Source: Acidobacteriaceae bacterium (GTDB lineage: Bacteria; Acidobacteriota; Terriglobia; Terriglobales; Acidobacteriaceae). From it: a DNA stretch of 64,000 nucleotides. The DNA lies in assembly GCA_965276675.1 (NCBI GenBank), contig OZ255624.1, positions 2,362,943 to 2,426,942 on the forward strand, read 5' to 3'. Below, in pieces: positions 17,629-27,581 of this stretch; within the stretch, counting starts at the first letter, position 1; each line of letters opens with the position of its first letter. A program made the translations under genes and the position numbers. The notes below the pieces were generated by a model. That model saw only the letters and a list, made by a program, of their open reading frames with translations, searched no databases and had not been told where the DNA came from.

Positions 17629-17691
17629 TCTCCTTCCGATCTTATAGCGTGCGGCAAAAATCTGCTCCTCCCTTCTCGGATCACTCTAGGG

Positions 17692-18876
17692 TCACGAGGT
17701 TACCCAGGTGCGTACATCGCTCAATACACGTACCGTAGGAAGTACCTTGCCGGCGATGCTGTCATAAAAACGGGGACGGACCTCTCGAATCTTTTGGTTT
17801 TCGCGGTTGGGCCAGGTGCGGTTCGTCAGCAGAACTCCGGCCAGCCCCGCATCCAGGTCGATCCATAGTGATGTTCCGGTAAAGCCGAGATGCCCGACGG
17901 AGTGTGAGCTGAAGTAGTGTCCTGAAGAAGAAGGCGCTGAGGGAGTATCCCAGCCAAGTGCCCGGGAGCTGCCGGCCGGTTGCCCGGCGGCCTTGGTAAA
18001 CAGCGTGATCGTCTCTGGCTTGAAGATGCGGTCGCCGTTAGCTGCCCGCCCACCTGAGAGCAGGCACTGCGAGTAGCGGAGGCAGTCGACTCCGTTCGAG
18101 AAGAGACCGGCATGCCCGCTGACGCCGCCCAGCGCGTGTGCGTTTTCATCATGCACCTCGGCGTGCCCGGTGCGATGGCGAAAGACGTCATCCTGCTCCG
18201 TGGGCGGGATCGAGTCTCCCCAGCCAGGGAGCGGGTGAAAGCGGGTGGAGTCCATGCAGAGCGGCTGGAAGACCTCGCGATGGCAGACGGTATCGATGCG
18301 CTCGGTCGCCAGGGACTCCAGGAGGCGGGTGAGCACGATGAAGCCGATGTCGGAGTACTCCACCCGGGTGCCTGGCTCTGCTTCGAGCGGCAGGCGGAGA
18401 GCAGCGTCATAGATTAACTCCGGCGTGTTTGCTGACTGCTTGTCCTCGAGTTGAAAGAGTGGGGCATACCCTGGGAGGCCCGAGGAGTGGTCGAGGAGCA
18501 TGCGTACAGTCACGCGGTGGCGGGGGCTATCCGCGGTCTCACCGGCTACAAAGGCGGGGAGGATTTTGCCCACGGGCTGATCCAGAGTGAGGAGGTTGCG
18601 GTCGTAAAGGATCATGGCCAGAGAGGTGGCGGCGAGCGGCTTAGTGAGGCTGGCCAGATCATAGACAGTACTCGGGGTTACCACAGGAGCATCGGCCTCA
18701 TAAGTGAAGCGTCCCAGTCCATCCAGGGCGACCACCTCGCCCGAGAATTGCACGCCGAAGGAGCAGCCAGGAAAGGCGCGGCCGGCAATGGCGTCGTTAA
18801 GCACCTGGTATGTGGAGGCGAAGCGTTCCCGCTGGTTAGCAGCGGAAGATGGGATTTTGACTTCGGGCGGTACCAT
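17692..18876 (-). CDS. serine hydrolase, beta-lactamase (class C/PBP4*-like) family
   Basis: SxxK motif (ASLTKPLAATS), a YSD motif (EYSDIGF) and HLGFTGTS (KTG-like box). It is co-oriented directly downstream of murQ. Confidence 0.85.
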   Translation of the reverse strand: MVPPEVKIPSSAANQRERFASTYQVLNDAIAGRAFPGCSFGVQFSGEVVALDGLGRFTYEADAPVVTPSTVYDLASLTKPLAATSLAMILYDRNLLTLDQPVGKILPAFVAGETADSPRHRVTVRMLLDHSSGLPGYAPLFQLEDKQSANTPELIYDAALRLPLEAEPGTRVEYSDIGFIVLTRLLESLATERIDTVCHREVFQPLCMDSTRFHPLPGWGDSIPPTEQDDVFRHRTGHAEVHDENAHALGGVSGHAGLFSNGVDCLRYSQCLLSGGRAANGDRIFKPETITLFTKAAGQPAGSSRALGWDTPSAPSSSGHYFSSHSVGHLGFTGTSLWIDLDAGLAGVLLTNRTWPNRENQKIREVRPRFYDSIAGKVLPTVRVLSDVRTWVTS

Positions 18877-19034
18877 GGAGGGTTAGATGGCACACGAAGG
18901 TCATGTGGCTCCGGCTAAAAAGAGCTACCGGAGTTTCACGTTCGCCGTCTATAAACATGGTAAAGCTCTTCGCGTATCGCGCCGAGGCAAAGCACTTAGG
19001 CTACGGCGCCGAACGCAGAGAACGGAGCAAAGGC

Positions 19035-19916
19035 ATGGCTAGGATAAACATGGCAGCGGGCGTGGTGAGTGCGCTTTTGGCGCTCCCTATAGTGGGCGTG
19101 GCGCAGCAGGCGCCAGGGGCGCCCACCACCGCGCCAAGCGCGGAGACAAACGGAAGCCAAGCAGGATTTCCGACCACCGCGGCAGGAATTCCGGCTGCGG
19201 AAGCGGCGATGGCCGGGCAGACCTATACCGTTCCAACGGGAACCAAAGTGCTGCTTTCGCTCAAATCCGCCGTGAATACCAAGACAGCGAAGCCGGGTGA
19301 TGGCGTTTATCTGGTCTCCACCTTTCCGGTCATCGTCGGCACCCATGTGCTGTTGCCGGTAGGAATGTACGTGCAGGGCGTGGTCGATCAGGTGCAGCGT
19401 CCCGGACGGGTCAAGGGTCGCGCTAAGCTGCTGATGCACTTCACCACGATGATCTTTCCCAATGGCCAGGTGGTGACCATCCCCGGCGTGGTGAATACAC
19501 TTCCTGGCTCCAACGGACCGACTGTCAAGGATGGGGAAGGCACGATTGAGCAGGCGGGGAACAAGGGCCGCGACATGGCAAATGTTGCTAAGGGAGCTGG
19601 CATCGGGGCGACCGGGGGTGTAATCGGCGGGGCAGCGGCTGGTAGTCCTCTGGCAGGCGCGGGATACGGTGGCTTGGCGGGAGTGGCTGGCGGTTTGCTC
19701 TACACCATGTTTACGCGCGGCGATGAGGTGGTAATTCCCGAGGGCACCAGCCTCGAGATGGTAATGCAGCGGCCGTTGACGCTTCAGGCTTCGCAGCTCA
19801 CCGGGATCAATGACGTGAATGGCAATCCGCAGTTCATGCCCGTGAGCGGACAGCAGCGGCCCTTGCCCAAGCCCGGCCACATGCTATGCCCGCCCGGCAG
19901 TTTAGGATGTAACTAA
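19035..19916 (+). CDS. exported protein with TrbI/VirB10-like beta-barrel region and glycine-zipper tail
   Basis: Start moved to MARINMAAGVVSALLALPIVGVAQQ (a GGAG lies 8 nt upstream). TVPTGTKVLLSLKSAVNTKTAKPGDGVYLVS...LLPVGMYVQGVV...GRAKLLMHFTTMIFPNGQVV resembles the VirB10/TrbI C-terminal pattern, from memory. GAGIGATGGVIGGAAAG forms the glycine zipper. Confidence 0.5.
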   Translation: MARINMAAGVVSALLALPIVGVAQQAPGAPTTAPSAETNGSQAGFPTTAAGIPAAEAAMAGQTYTVPTGTKVLLSLKSAVNTKTAKPGDGVYLVSTFPVIVGTHVLLPVGMYVQGVVDQVQRPGRVKGRAKLLMHFTTMIFPNGQVVTIPGVVNTLPGSNGPTVKDGEGTIEQAGNKGRDMANVAKGAGIGATGGVIGGAAAGSPLAGAGYGGLAGVAGGLLYTMFTRGDEVVIPEGTSLEMVMQRPLTLQASQLTGINDVNGNPQFMPVSGQQRPLPKPGHMLCPPGSLGCN

Positions 19917-19970
19917 AGCAAGGTCGGTAACGATTGCTCCCGAAGGAGGGCAGCGATCGATTGCAGGTGA

Positions 19971-20576
19971 ATGGAAGAGGAATGGCCAGAGGTGGAGCAG
20001 CACACGGGAAGCGAACACACTGGGAACGAAATAGATAGAGCCGAGCTAGCGTATGGGCTTCGCCAGCCGCGAGGATATAGGCTTTGGGCGCGGGATATCG
20101 TCATCTCGCTCTTCGCTTCCTTCTTCATCATCACCTTTCTGTACCAGCCGGTGAAAGTCGAAGGCACCAGCATGCTGCCGCGGTTGGAAGATCGCGACCG
20201 GCTTTTCATCAACAAATTCATCTACCACTTCGAGAAGATCAGCCGCGGCGACGTGGTTGTCTTCCTGTATCCGCGCGATCCCCAGAAAAGCTACATCAAG
20301 CGCGTGATCGCGCTGCCCGGCGATGCTCTGCGCGTCGACGATGGGCGCGTGTATGTCAACGGTAAGCGAGTTCCGGAGCCGTATGTGCCGTTGCGCTACT
20401 ATGACAGCCGCTCCGTTGCTGAGACCATCATTCCGCCACACGAGTACTTTGTGATGGGCGATCATCGGTCGATCTCAAGCGATAGCCGCGACTTCGGCCC
20501 AGTGGACCGCAACCTGATTTACGGCAAAGCAGCCTTTGTGTACTGGCCGACTGACCAGATCGGCGTGGTGCGGTAA
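19971..20576 (+). CDS. lepB: signal peptidase I
   Basis: Catalytic boxes VEGTSMLPRL, GDVVVFLYP, YIKRVIALPGD and VMGDHRSISSDSRDFGPV. Confidence 0.9.
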   Translation: MEEEWPEVEQHTGSEHTGNEIDRAELAYGLRQPRGYRLWARDIVISLFASFFIITFLYQPVKVEGTSMLPRLEDRDRLFINKFIYHFEKISRGDVVVFLYPRDPQKSYIKRVIALPGDALRVDDGRVYVNGKRVPEPYVPLRYYDSRSVAETIIPPHEYFVMGDHRSISSDSRDFGPVDRNLIYGKAAFVYWPTDQIGVVR

Positions 20577-20629
20577 GGGGCTACTCCACTCAGGATGACA
20601 AGGGTGGCAGTGGGTAAAGTGTGGGTGTG

Positions 20630-21268
20630 ATGGCCTACGATGCGGTGTTGGTGCTGGGTGGAGGCGCGTGTGAGGGTGGCGAGCTGCCCCCGTGGGTGAA
20701 GAATCGGTGTGACCGGGCGTTGCAGTTGGCGGAGAGCGCGATAGTCCTTACGCTGAGTGCTGGGACTGTACACAAGGTTCAGCCCCGCGACGCGTTCGGC
20801 CAGCCCATCTTCGAGTCGGTTGCGGCAGCTCGTTATCTTGTCGAACGCGGCTTTCCAGCCGAGCGGATTCTCTCCGAGACCAGCTCTTACGACACGATTG
20901 GCAATGCGTATTTTGCACGCGCGATCCATACCGACCCGGCCGGGCTGCGACGGCTGCTGGTGATTACGTCGGAGTTCCACATCTCACGCACGCAGGCGAT
21001 CTTTCGCTGGATATTCGCAGTACCGCCGCTTGTGTGTGGGTACGACCTCTCCTTCGAGGCGGTGCCGGATGTGGGCATGACGCCCGATGCCCTGGCAGCG
21101 CGTCGCGCGAAGGAAGCGGAGAGTCTCGCGGCCGTTCCGGCTCTGGCCGTGCGATGCGCGACCCTGGCTGATGTACACCGATGGCTTTTTACTGAGCACG
21201 CAGCTTATGCGGTGGCTGCCGCTGGAGAACGCGAGCCAGCGCCGCCACGTTTGCTTGCTTCATATTGA
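20630..21268 (+). CDS. YdcF/DUF218-family protein
   Basis: YDAVLVLGGG..., ESVAAARYL..., and VITSEFHISRTQAIF are typical of the DUF218 (ElyC/SanA/YdcF) fold. Confidence 0.75.
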   Translation: MAYDAVLVLGGGACEGGELPPWVKNRCDRALQLAESAIVLTLSAGTVHKVQPRDAFGQPIFESVAAARYLVERGFPAERILSETSSYDTIGNAYFARAIHTDPAGLRRLLVITSEFHISRTQAIFRWIFAVPPLVCGYDLSFEAVPDVGMTPDALAARRAKEAESLAAVPALAVRCATLADVHRWLFTEHAAYAVAAAGEREPAPPRLLASY

Positions 21269-21393
21269 GGCCATAGGCGGGGAACTCACCGCAAAGTACG
21301 CCAAGTACGCAAGGAACTGACATGTGCGCTCCGCCAACTCTGGTCGCGGAGCATTCCTGATAAAATCTATAAAATCCACGCTTGGGAGAAGCG

Positions 21394-22521
21394 ATGCAGG
21401 CGATCCTTGCGCTCGAAGACGGGCGCATCTTCCGCGGTGAGGCGCATGGCGCCCAGGGCGAGTGCTCCGGCGAAGTTGTTTTCAATACATCGTTGACCGG
21501 ATATCAAGAGATCTTCACCGATCCCTCCTATGCAGGGCAGATTGTCGTCCTGACCAATCCCCAGATCGGCAACTACGGAACCAACAGCTCGGATGCAGAG
21601 GCGCAGAGACCCTATATTGAGGGGGTGATCGTGCGGGAGTTTTCGTCCATTAGCTCGAATTGGCGGTCTGAGCAAGTGGCTGACGAGTACCTGGAACGCT
21701 TCGGCGTGCCGGTGCTGTCGGAGATCGATACGCGTGCGCTGGTGCGGCATTTGCGCACGCACGGCGTAATGCGTGGCGTGATCTCGACGGTTGAAGCCGA
21801 TACTGACACGCTGGTTGCCAAGGCGCGCGCTATTCGCAAAATGGATGGCACGGACCTCGCCAGTGTTGTGACCACGAACCAAATCTACGAGTGGAACTGC
21901 CATCATCCACAGAACGGGATTCCCGGGCTGGTCGCGGAGGTGCCGCCGCCGGACTTTCATGTAGTTGCTTACGACTACGGCATCAAGCGCAACATACTGC
22001 GCACGCTGACGCGCGAGAGCTGCCGCGTGACGGTGGTGCCGGCGCAGACCTCGGCCGAAGATGTGCTGGCGCTGAAGCCGGACGGCATCTTTTTGTCGAA
22101 CGGGCCGGGTGATCCGGAGCCACTGCACTACGCGCAGGACAACATCCGCAGGCTAGCTGGGCGTGCGCCCATCTTCGGCATCTGCCTGGGGCATCAACTT
22201 ATTGGCCTTGCGCTTGGCGGTAAAACCTACAAGCTGAAGTTTGGCCACCACGGCGGCAATCACCCAGTGCAGCAGACGGGTACAGGAAAGATCGAGATCA
22301 CGGCACATAACCACAACTTCGCCGTCGATCCGGAGTCGCTGCGCGAGAGTGATGTCGACCTGACGCACGTCGACCTGAACGACAATACGCTGGAGGGGCT
22401 GCGGCACAGGTCGATGCCGCTCTTCAGCGTGCAGTACCATCCCGAGGCGAGTCCCGGTCCGCATGATTCGCACTACCTTTTTCAGGACTTTCGCAAGATG
22501 ATGCAGGAGTGGAAAAAGTGA
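21394..22521 (+). CDS. carA: carbamoyl-phosphate synthase small (glutaminase) subunit
   Basis: [16 protein letters not shown]..., [29 protein letters not shown], the GATase triad region [11 protein letters not shown], and [23 protein letters not shown] sits 4 nt upstream of the ATG at 21394. Confidence 0.95.
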   Translation: MQAILALEDGRIFRGEAHGAQGECSGEVVFNTSLTGYQEIFTDPSYAGQIVVLTNPQIGNYGTNSSDAEAQRPYIEGVIVREFSSISSNWRSEQVADEYLERFGVPVLSEIDTRALVRHLRTHGVMRGVISTVEADTDTLVAKARAIRKMDGTDLASVVTTNQIYEWNCHHPQNGIPGLVAEVPPPDFHVVAYDYGIKRNILRTLTRESCRVTVVPAQTSAEDVLALKPDGIFLSNGPGDPEPLHYAQDNIRRLAGRAPIFGICLGHQLIGLALGGKTYKLKFGHHGGNHPVQQTGTGKIEITAHNHNFAVDPESLRESDVDLTHVDLNDNTLEGLRHRSMPLFSVQYHPEASPGPHDSHYLFQDFRKMMQEWKK

Positions 22522-23132
22522 GATGGGTCGCCCGCTGTCTGCTCTTCGCTGCTGCGTGCATTTCGCTTTCGTTATCACTTCTCTTTGCCCAGCGCCCCTA
22601 CGACCGTTACCTGAACTCAGCTAAGCGTGGCGTGCTGGACGATCGTGTGCATTCGTTTGTGTCCAACTGCGTAGGCGGGACGCATCCTCGGCCGCAGGGC
22701 TTTTACTCGCATGGGGGATGGTTCGGAACCGACGACCTCGCCGCGCAGATCCGCGATCACGGCAGCGATGATGATGCGACCGCGTATGTGTGGTCGGTGG
22801 CGGGGAAGCCGCGCGCGGTGTACCAGTGGACGCACGACGGCGAGTTCGACCGCGACGTAGTGGCGTGCGTCGACGCGCACGGCAAGGTTACGCATGCCAT
22901 CAGCCACTACATGCCGGGCAGCTCAGAGCCGGACCAGCATTGGATCTACATCCACACGCTCGAGTTGAATCCGCGAACGGGACACTACAACTCGCACGGC
23001 CGCTACACCGACGCGCAAGGGCGGCCGCGAGGCATGCCGCACATGAGCAGTGAAGACCGGGACTTCATCGCTGGCGAACGAACGTACAAAGGGTTTTCGG
23101 ATTTCGATTTTGCGAGGATGATAGGGAAGTAG
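22509..23132 (+). CDS. exported hypothetical protein between carA and carB
   Basis: GTG start overlapping the carA stop (an alternative GTG is at 22518). Signal-peptide-like N-terminus ([22 protein letters not shown]). The protein is His/Asp-rich and I recognise no family. Confidence 0.55.
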   Translation: MEKVRWVARCLLFAAACISLSLSLLFAQRPYDRYLNSAKRGVLDDRVHSFVSNCVGGTHPRPQGFYSHGGWFGTDDLAAQIRDHGSDDDATAYVWSVAGKPRAVYQWTHDGEFDRDVVACVDAHGKVTHAISHYMPGSSEPDQHWIYIHTLELNPRTGHYNSHGRYTDAQGRPRGMPHMSSEDRDFIAGERTYKGFSDFDFARMIGK

Positions 23133-23167
23133 TTTGGGCTGTTAAACTTGTTTAACGGAGGTGGAAG

Positions 23168-23380
23168 ATGTTGGGAGTGCGTTTAGGGCCGGAGTTGGAG
23201 AAGAGGTTGGATTTGTTAGCGAAGAAGACAGGGCGAAGCAAGAGCTTTTACGCTAAGGAAGCCATCCGGAAATACGTGGAAGATCGCGAGGATGTTTTAT
23301 TAGCGGACGAAGTCTTGCGCCGAAATGAGCCCACATTCACGCTAGAGGAAGTGAGACGCGCGCTTGGGTTGGACACTTAG
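23168..23380 (+). CDS. ribbon-helix-helix (CopG/RelB-like) antitoxin
   Basis: 70 aa. MLGVRLGPELEKRLDLLAKKTGRSKSFYAKEAIRKYVED is an RHH fold signature. The gene overlaps the downstream toxin gene by 17 nt. Confidence 0.75.
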   Translation: MLGVRLGPELEKRLDLLAKKTGRSKSFYAKEAIRKYVEDREDVLLADEVLRRNEPTFTLEEVRRALGLDT

Positions 23381-23630
23381 TTTTTCGGCGACTGCGCGAA
23401 AGCAGCTGGCAAAGTTGGACAAACAAATCGCCGATCTGATCACTCGTTTTATGGATGAGAAGATTGCCGGAGCAAAAGATGCGCGGCGCCTAGGCACTGC
23501 CTTGACAGGAGGGCTCCGAGGTTATTGGCGGTACCGTATCGGAGATTATCGCGTGATCTGTGAACTGCGTGATCAGGAAATGATCGTACTCGTCGTTGCC
23601 GTCGGTCATAGGCGGGAGATTTACCGCTAG
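23364..23630 (+). CDS. RelE/ParE-superfamily type II toxin
   Basis: 88 aa. [19 protein letters not shown]..., [35 protein letters not shown] is the classic RelE/StbE pattern. A TTG start is assumed. Confidence 0.85.
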   Translation: MGWTLSFSATARKQLAKLDKQIADLITRFMDEKIAGAKDARRLGTALTGGLRGYWRYRIGDYRVICELRDQEMIVLVVAVGHRREIYR

Positions 23631-23644
23631 TTTTTAGGAGAAAG

Positions 23645-26600
23645 ATGCCGCGTAGAAACGACATCGCGAAGATACTGGTGATCGGCTCTGGGCCGATTGT
23701 GATTGGGCAGTCGGCGGAGTTTGACTATTCGGGCACGCAGGCGATCAAAGCTCTGAAGGCGGATGGTTATGAGGTGGTGCTGGTGAACTCGAACCCTGCC
23801 ACGATCATGACCGATCCGGAGCTGGCCGATCGCACCTACGTTGAACCGCTCACGCGCGACTACGTGGAAGAGATTATCCGCGTCGAGGCGGCCATGATGT
23901 CAGCAAACGCGGCTGGCGTCTTCGCACTGCTGCCGACGGTGGGTGGACAGACGGCGCTCAATCTGGCCGTCGATTTGGCCGACGCGGGCGTGCTTGAAAA
24001 GTATGGCGTCGAGCTGATCGGGGCAAAGCTCGAGGCGATTAAGAAGGCCGAAGACCGGCTGCTCTTCAAAGACGCGATGACGAAGATCGGGCTCGATATG
24101 CCGCGCTCGTCGCTGGTCAACAACATCCGCGATGGCCTGGAGTTCTCGACCAAGATCGGCTTTCCGGTGGTGATCCGGCCTTCGTTCACACTGGGCGGCT
24201 CGGGTGGCGGCATTGCGTACAACCGCGAAGAGTTGATGGAGATTCTATCGCGCGGTCTCGATCTGTCGCCAGTGGGCGAGTGCCTGATCGAAGAGTCCGT
24301 GTTGGGCTGGAAGGAGTATGAGCTCGAGGTGATGCGCGATTTGGCGGACAACGTCATCATCATTTGCTCGATCGAGAATATGGACCCGATGGGCGTGCAC
24401 ACCGGCGACTCCATCACCGTGGCGCCCGCGCAGACACTTACGGATCGCGAGTACCAAACGATGCGCGATGCGGCGATCCGCGTGATGCGCGAGATCGGTG
24501 TCGAGACCGGCGGGTCGAACGTGCAGTTCGCCGTGCAACCGCAGACCGGGCGCATGACGGTGATCGAAATGAACCCGCGCGTCTCGCGCTCGTCGGCGCT
24601 GGCGTCCAAGGCGACGGGATTTCCGATTGCGAAGATCGCGGCCAAACTCGCGGTCGGCTACACGCTGGACGAGATCCCCAATGACATCACGCGCAAGACA
24701 CCGGCGTGCTTCGAGCCGACCATCGACTACGTTGTGGTGAAGATTCCCAAGTGGCAGTTTGAGAAGTTTCCCGGCGCGGATGAAAATCTCGGACCGCAGA
24801 TGAAGTCGGTCGGCGAGGTGATGGCAATGGGCCGCACCTTCAAAGAAGCGCTGATGAAGGCGCTGCGATCGCTCGAGACCGGCAAGCGCGTGGGCGCTGA
24901 GGTGATCGAGCCGCGACGGCTGACACAAAAGCTGGTCACGCCGCAGCCCGAGCGCCTGGACTACATCCGCTATGCTTTCCGGCAGGGAATGTCGGTGCGC
25001 GATGTGGCGCGGGCGACAACCATGGATCCGTGGTTTCTGTTTCAGATCAAAGAGATCACGGACACGATCGGAAAGCTGGCGGAGTACACGCCGGAGACGA
25101 TGCCCGCGGACTTGCTGCGGCGCGCGAAGCGCATGGGTGTCTCGGACGCGCGTATTGCCGAGGTGTGGAACCTGAACGGGCCCGCTGGCGTGCAGACCGT
25201 TCGGGAGCTGCGCCAGAAGCAGGAGCTGCATCCGGTCTTTAAGCTGGTCGATACGTGTGCTGCCGAGTTCGAAAGCGAGACGCCGTACCTTTACTCGACC
25301 TACGACGAAGAGGACGAGTCGCCGGCCACGGCGAAGCGCAAGGTGATTATCCTGGGCAGCGGGCCGAACCGGATCGGGCAGGGCATCGAGTTTGATTACT
25401 GCTGTTGTCATGCAGCCTTCGCGTTGAAGGAAGACGACTATGAGACGGTGATGGTGAACTGCAACCCGGAGACAGTCTCGACGGATTACGACACCAGCGA
25501 CCGGCTCTACTTCGAACCGCTCACGTTGGAGGACGTGCTGGCCGTCTATGAGCATGAAACCGCGGGCGGCGCGGAGGTCGGCATGATTGTGCAGTTTGGC
25601 GGACAGACGCCGCTAAACCTGGCGCTTGCGCTCAAAGCGGCGGGCGTGACCATCCTTGGTACATCGCCAGAGTCCATCGATTTGGCCGAGGACCGTAAAC
25701 AGTTCGGCAAGCTACTGGAGCAGTTACAGATACCGCAGCCGCCTGGAGCGATGGCGACCAGCGTGGAGGAGGCGCTCGCCGGCGCTGAGCGGATTGGTTA
25801 TCCGGTGCTGGTGCGGCCTTCCTATGTGCTGGGCGGCCGCGCCATGGTGATCGCATACGACGCCGAGGCCATCCATCGCTACATGAAGCAGGCAGTCGAG
25901 TACTCGCAAGAGCGGCCAGTGCTGATCGATCACTTCCTGGAAGCAGCGATTGAAGTCGACGTCGACGCGCTCTGCGATGGCGAGGATGTCGTGATCGCCG
26001 GGATCATGCAGCATATCGAGGAGGCGGGCATCCACTCGGGCGACTCCTCCTGCGTGCTGCCGGCTGTCGATCTTTCGGCGAAGACGCTCGATACCCTGCG
26101 CAGCTACACGCGCACGCTGGCGCTGGCCCTCGACGTGAAAGGATTAGTAAACCTGCAGTTTGCCATCCAGCGCGGGCAGATGGATGAGGACCAAGTCTTC
26201 GTCATTGAGGTAAACCCGCGTGCCTCGCGTACCGTGCCCTATGTGTCTAAGGCGACGGGTGTACCGCTGGCAAAGATGGCGGCTCGGCTGATGACCGGCC
26301 GCAAGCTGCGCGAACTATTGCCGGAGCAGGTGGCGAGCGGCACGGATCTCGAAACGGGGACGCACTACTTCGTGAAATCGCCGGTCTTCCCTTGGAACAA
26401 GTTCCCGGGTGTGGATACGGTGCTCGGGCCGGAGATGCGTTCAACAGGCGAGGTCATGGGTGTGGCAGACAACTTCGGCGAGGCATTCGCCAAAGCGCAG
26501 CTCTCTGCCGGCCAGGTGCTTCCGCAGGAGGGGACGGTTTTCTTCAGCGTGAACGACCGCGATAAGACTGCTCTGGTGGCGCTGGCCCGGATGTATGTGG

Positions 26601-26962
26601 AGCTGGGCTTTCATCTGGTTGCCACGCAAGGAACAGCGGATGTGCTGGAGCGTGCAGGCTTCCCGTGTGAGCGTGTGTACAAGGTGAAGGAAGGGCGTCC
26701 GAACGTTGTTGACCTGATCAAGGGCGACCGCATTCAGCTGATCATCAACACGCCGCAAGGGCAGGACACCTTCTTTGACGAGAAGGCGATCCGGCGCGCG
26801 GCGGTATCGCAGCGCATCCCGACCATCACGACGATTGCTGCAGCCAGAGCGGCGGCCGAGGGGATTGCCGCACTGCAGCGCCACATGACACGCGTACAGC
26901 CGCTGCAGGCGATCCATGCCGAGGCGGGCAGAACCAGGCGAGAGGAAATGAGGAGCAGGTAG
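23645..26962 (+). CDS. carB: carbamoyl-phosphate synthase large subunit
   Basis: Duplicated ATP-grasp halves ([24 protein letters not shown] / [24 protein letters not shown]), an oligomerisation domain and an MGS-like C-terminus. An AGGAGA RBS lies 4 nt upstream of the ATG. Confidence 0.97.
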   Translation: MPRRNDIAKILVIGSGPIVIGQSAEFDYSGTQAIKALKADGYEVVLVNSNPATIMTDPELADRTYVEPLTRDYVEEIIRVEAAMMSANAAGVFALLPTVGGQTALNLAVDLADAGVLEKYGVELIGAKLEAIKKAEDRLLFKDAMTKIGLDMPRSSLVNNIRDGLEFSTKIGFPVVIRPSFTLGGSGGGIAYNREELMEILSRGLDLSPVGECLIEESVLGWKEYELEVMRDLADNVIIICSIENMDPMGVHTGDSITVAPAQTLTDREYQTMRDAAIRVMREIGVETGGSNVQFAVQPQTGRMTVIEMNPRVSRSSALASKATGFPIAKIAAKLAVGYTLDEIPNDITRKTPACFEPTIDYVVVKIPKWQFEKFPGADENLGPQMKSVGEVMAMGRTFKEALMKALRSLETGKRVGAEVIEPRRLTQKLVTPQPERLDYIRYAFRQGMSVRDVARATTMDPWFLFQIKEITDTIGKLAEYTPETMPADLLRRAKRMGVSDARIAEVWNLNGPAGVQTVRELRQKQELHPVFKLVDTCAAEFESETPYLYSTYDEEDESPATAKRKVIILGSGPNRIGQGIEFDYCCCHAAFALKEDDYETVMVNCNPETVSTDYDTSDRLYFEPLTLEDVLAVYEHETAGGAEVGMIVQFGGQTPLNLALALKAAGVTILGTSPESIDLAEDRKQFGKLLEQLQIPQPPGAMATSVEEALAGAERIGYPVLVRPSYVLGGRAMVIAYDAEAIHRYMKQAVEYSQERPVLIDHFLEAAIEVDVDALCDGEDVVIAGIMQHIEEAGIHSGDSSCVLPAVDLSAKTLDTLRSYTRTLALALDVKGLVNLQFAIQRGQMDEDQVFVIEVNPRASRTVPYVSKATGVPLAKMAARLMTGRKLRELLPEQVASGTDLETGTHYFVKSPVFPWNKFPGVDTVLGPEMRSTGEVMGVADNFGEAFAKAQLSAGQVLPQEGTVFFSVNDRDKTALVALARMYVELGFHLVATQGTADVLERAGFPCERVYKVKEGRPNVVDLIKGDRIQLIINTPQGQDTFFDEKAIRRAAVSQRIPTITTIAAARAAAEGIAALQRHMTRVQPLQAIHAEAGRTRREEMRSR

Positions 26963-27042
26963 CAAATCAATCAGCAGCGTAGTTGCAGATAGAAGCAACG
27001 AGAATCCTCCCGTGCTCCCTCTTACTCTGTTGAGGTGAGGAG

Positions 27043-27477
27043 ATGCCGCAGGGAAAGATAGTGGAGCCGTTGCTCCAGCACGATACGCAAAAAGAACAGA
27101 ATGCTTTTGTTACCGAGAGCGCGCGGACTGAGCCCGGTGAACATGGGGGCGCACGTCCGCCCGTGGACAGCAGCGACACGGACACCAACGACACCCTCCC
27201 GACCGAGATGGAAGTGGGGACGAGTGAGGCTAATTACGACGGTCGCCAGAGTGGCACGAGCCGCGCGGAGCATGCGATGGCCGGGGACACAGGTGGGACC
27301 AGGAGCACGGAGCAGGCTCCGCAGGCGGCGTTTGAGGGTGATCTGGCCACGCGCACTCCCGGTGGTGAGAAGCAGGGCATCTCCAATGCTTCCAGCGACG
27401 AAGATGCGGCGGGGCAGCGTAAGGTGGTGGGCCAGCGTCCGGATGCGCGCGCCGGCGTGAACCCGTTCAAGCGATAG
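27043..27477 (+). CDS. hypothetical low-complexity (predicted disordered) protein
   Basis: 144-aa ORF rich in T/S/E/D/G. The third-codon-position GC bias favours this frame over the 279-aa antisense ORF. I recognise no family. Confidence 0.4.
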   Translation: MPQGKIVEPLLQHDTQKEQNAFVTESARTEPGEHGGARPPVDSSDTDTNDTLPTEMEVGTSEANYDGRQSGTSRAEHAMAGDTGGTRSTEQAPQAAFEGDLATRTPGGEKQGISNASSDEDAAGQRKVVGQRPDARAGVNPFKR

Positions 27478-27581
27478 CTTCGATGTGTTGCGGAGGACGA
27501 AGGGCAGCCCAAGCGGCCCTCTTTTCTGTGCGATGGATGTATCGCCTGAGCGAGAGAGTGGTACGCTCCTGTCTACAGGCA

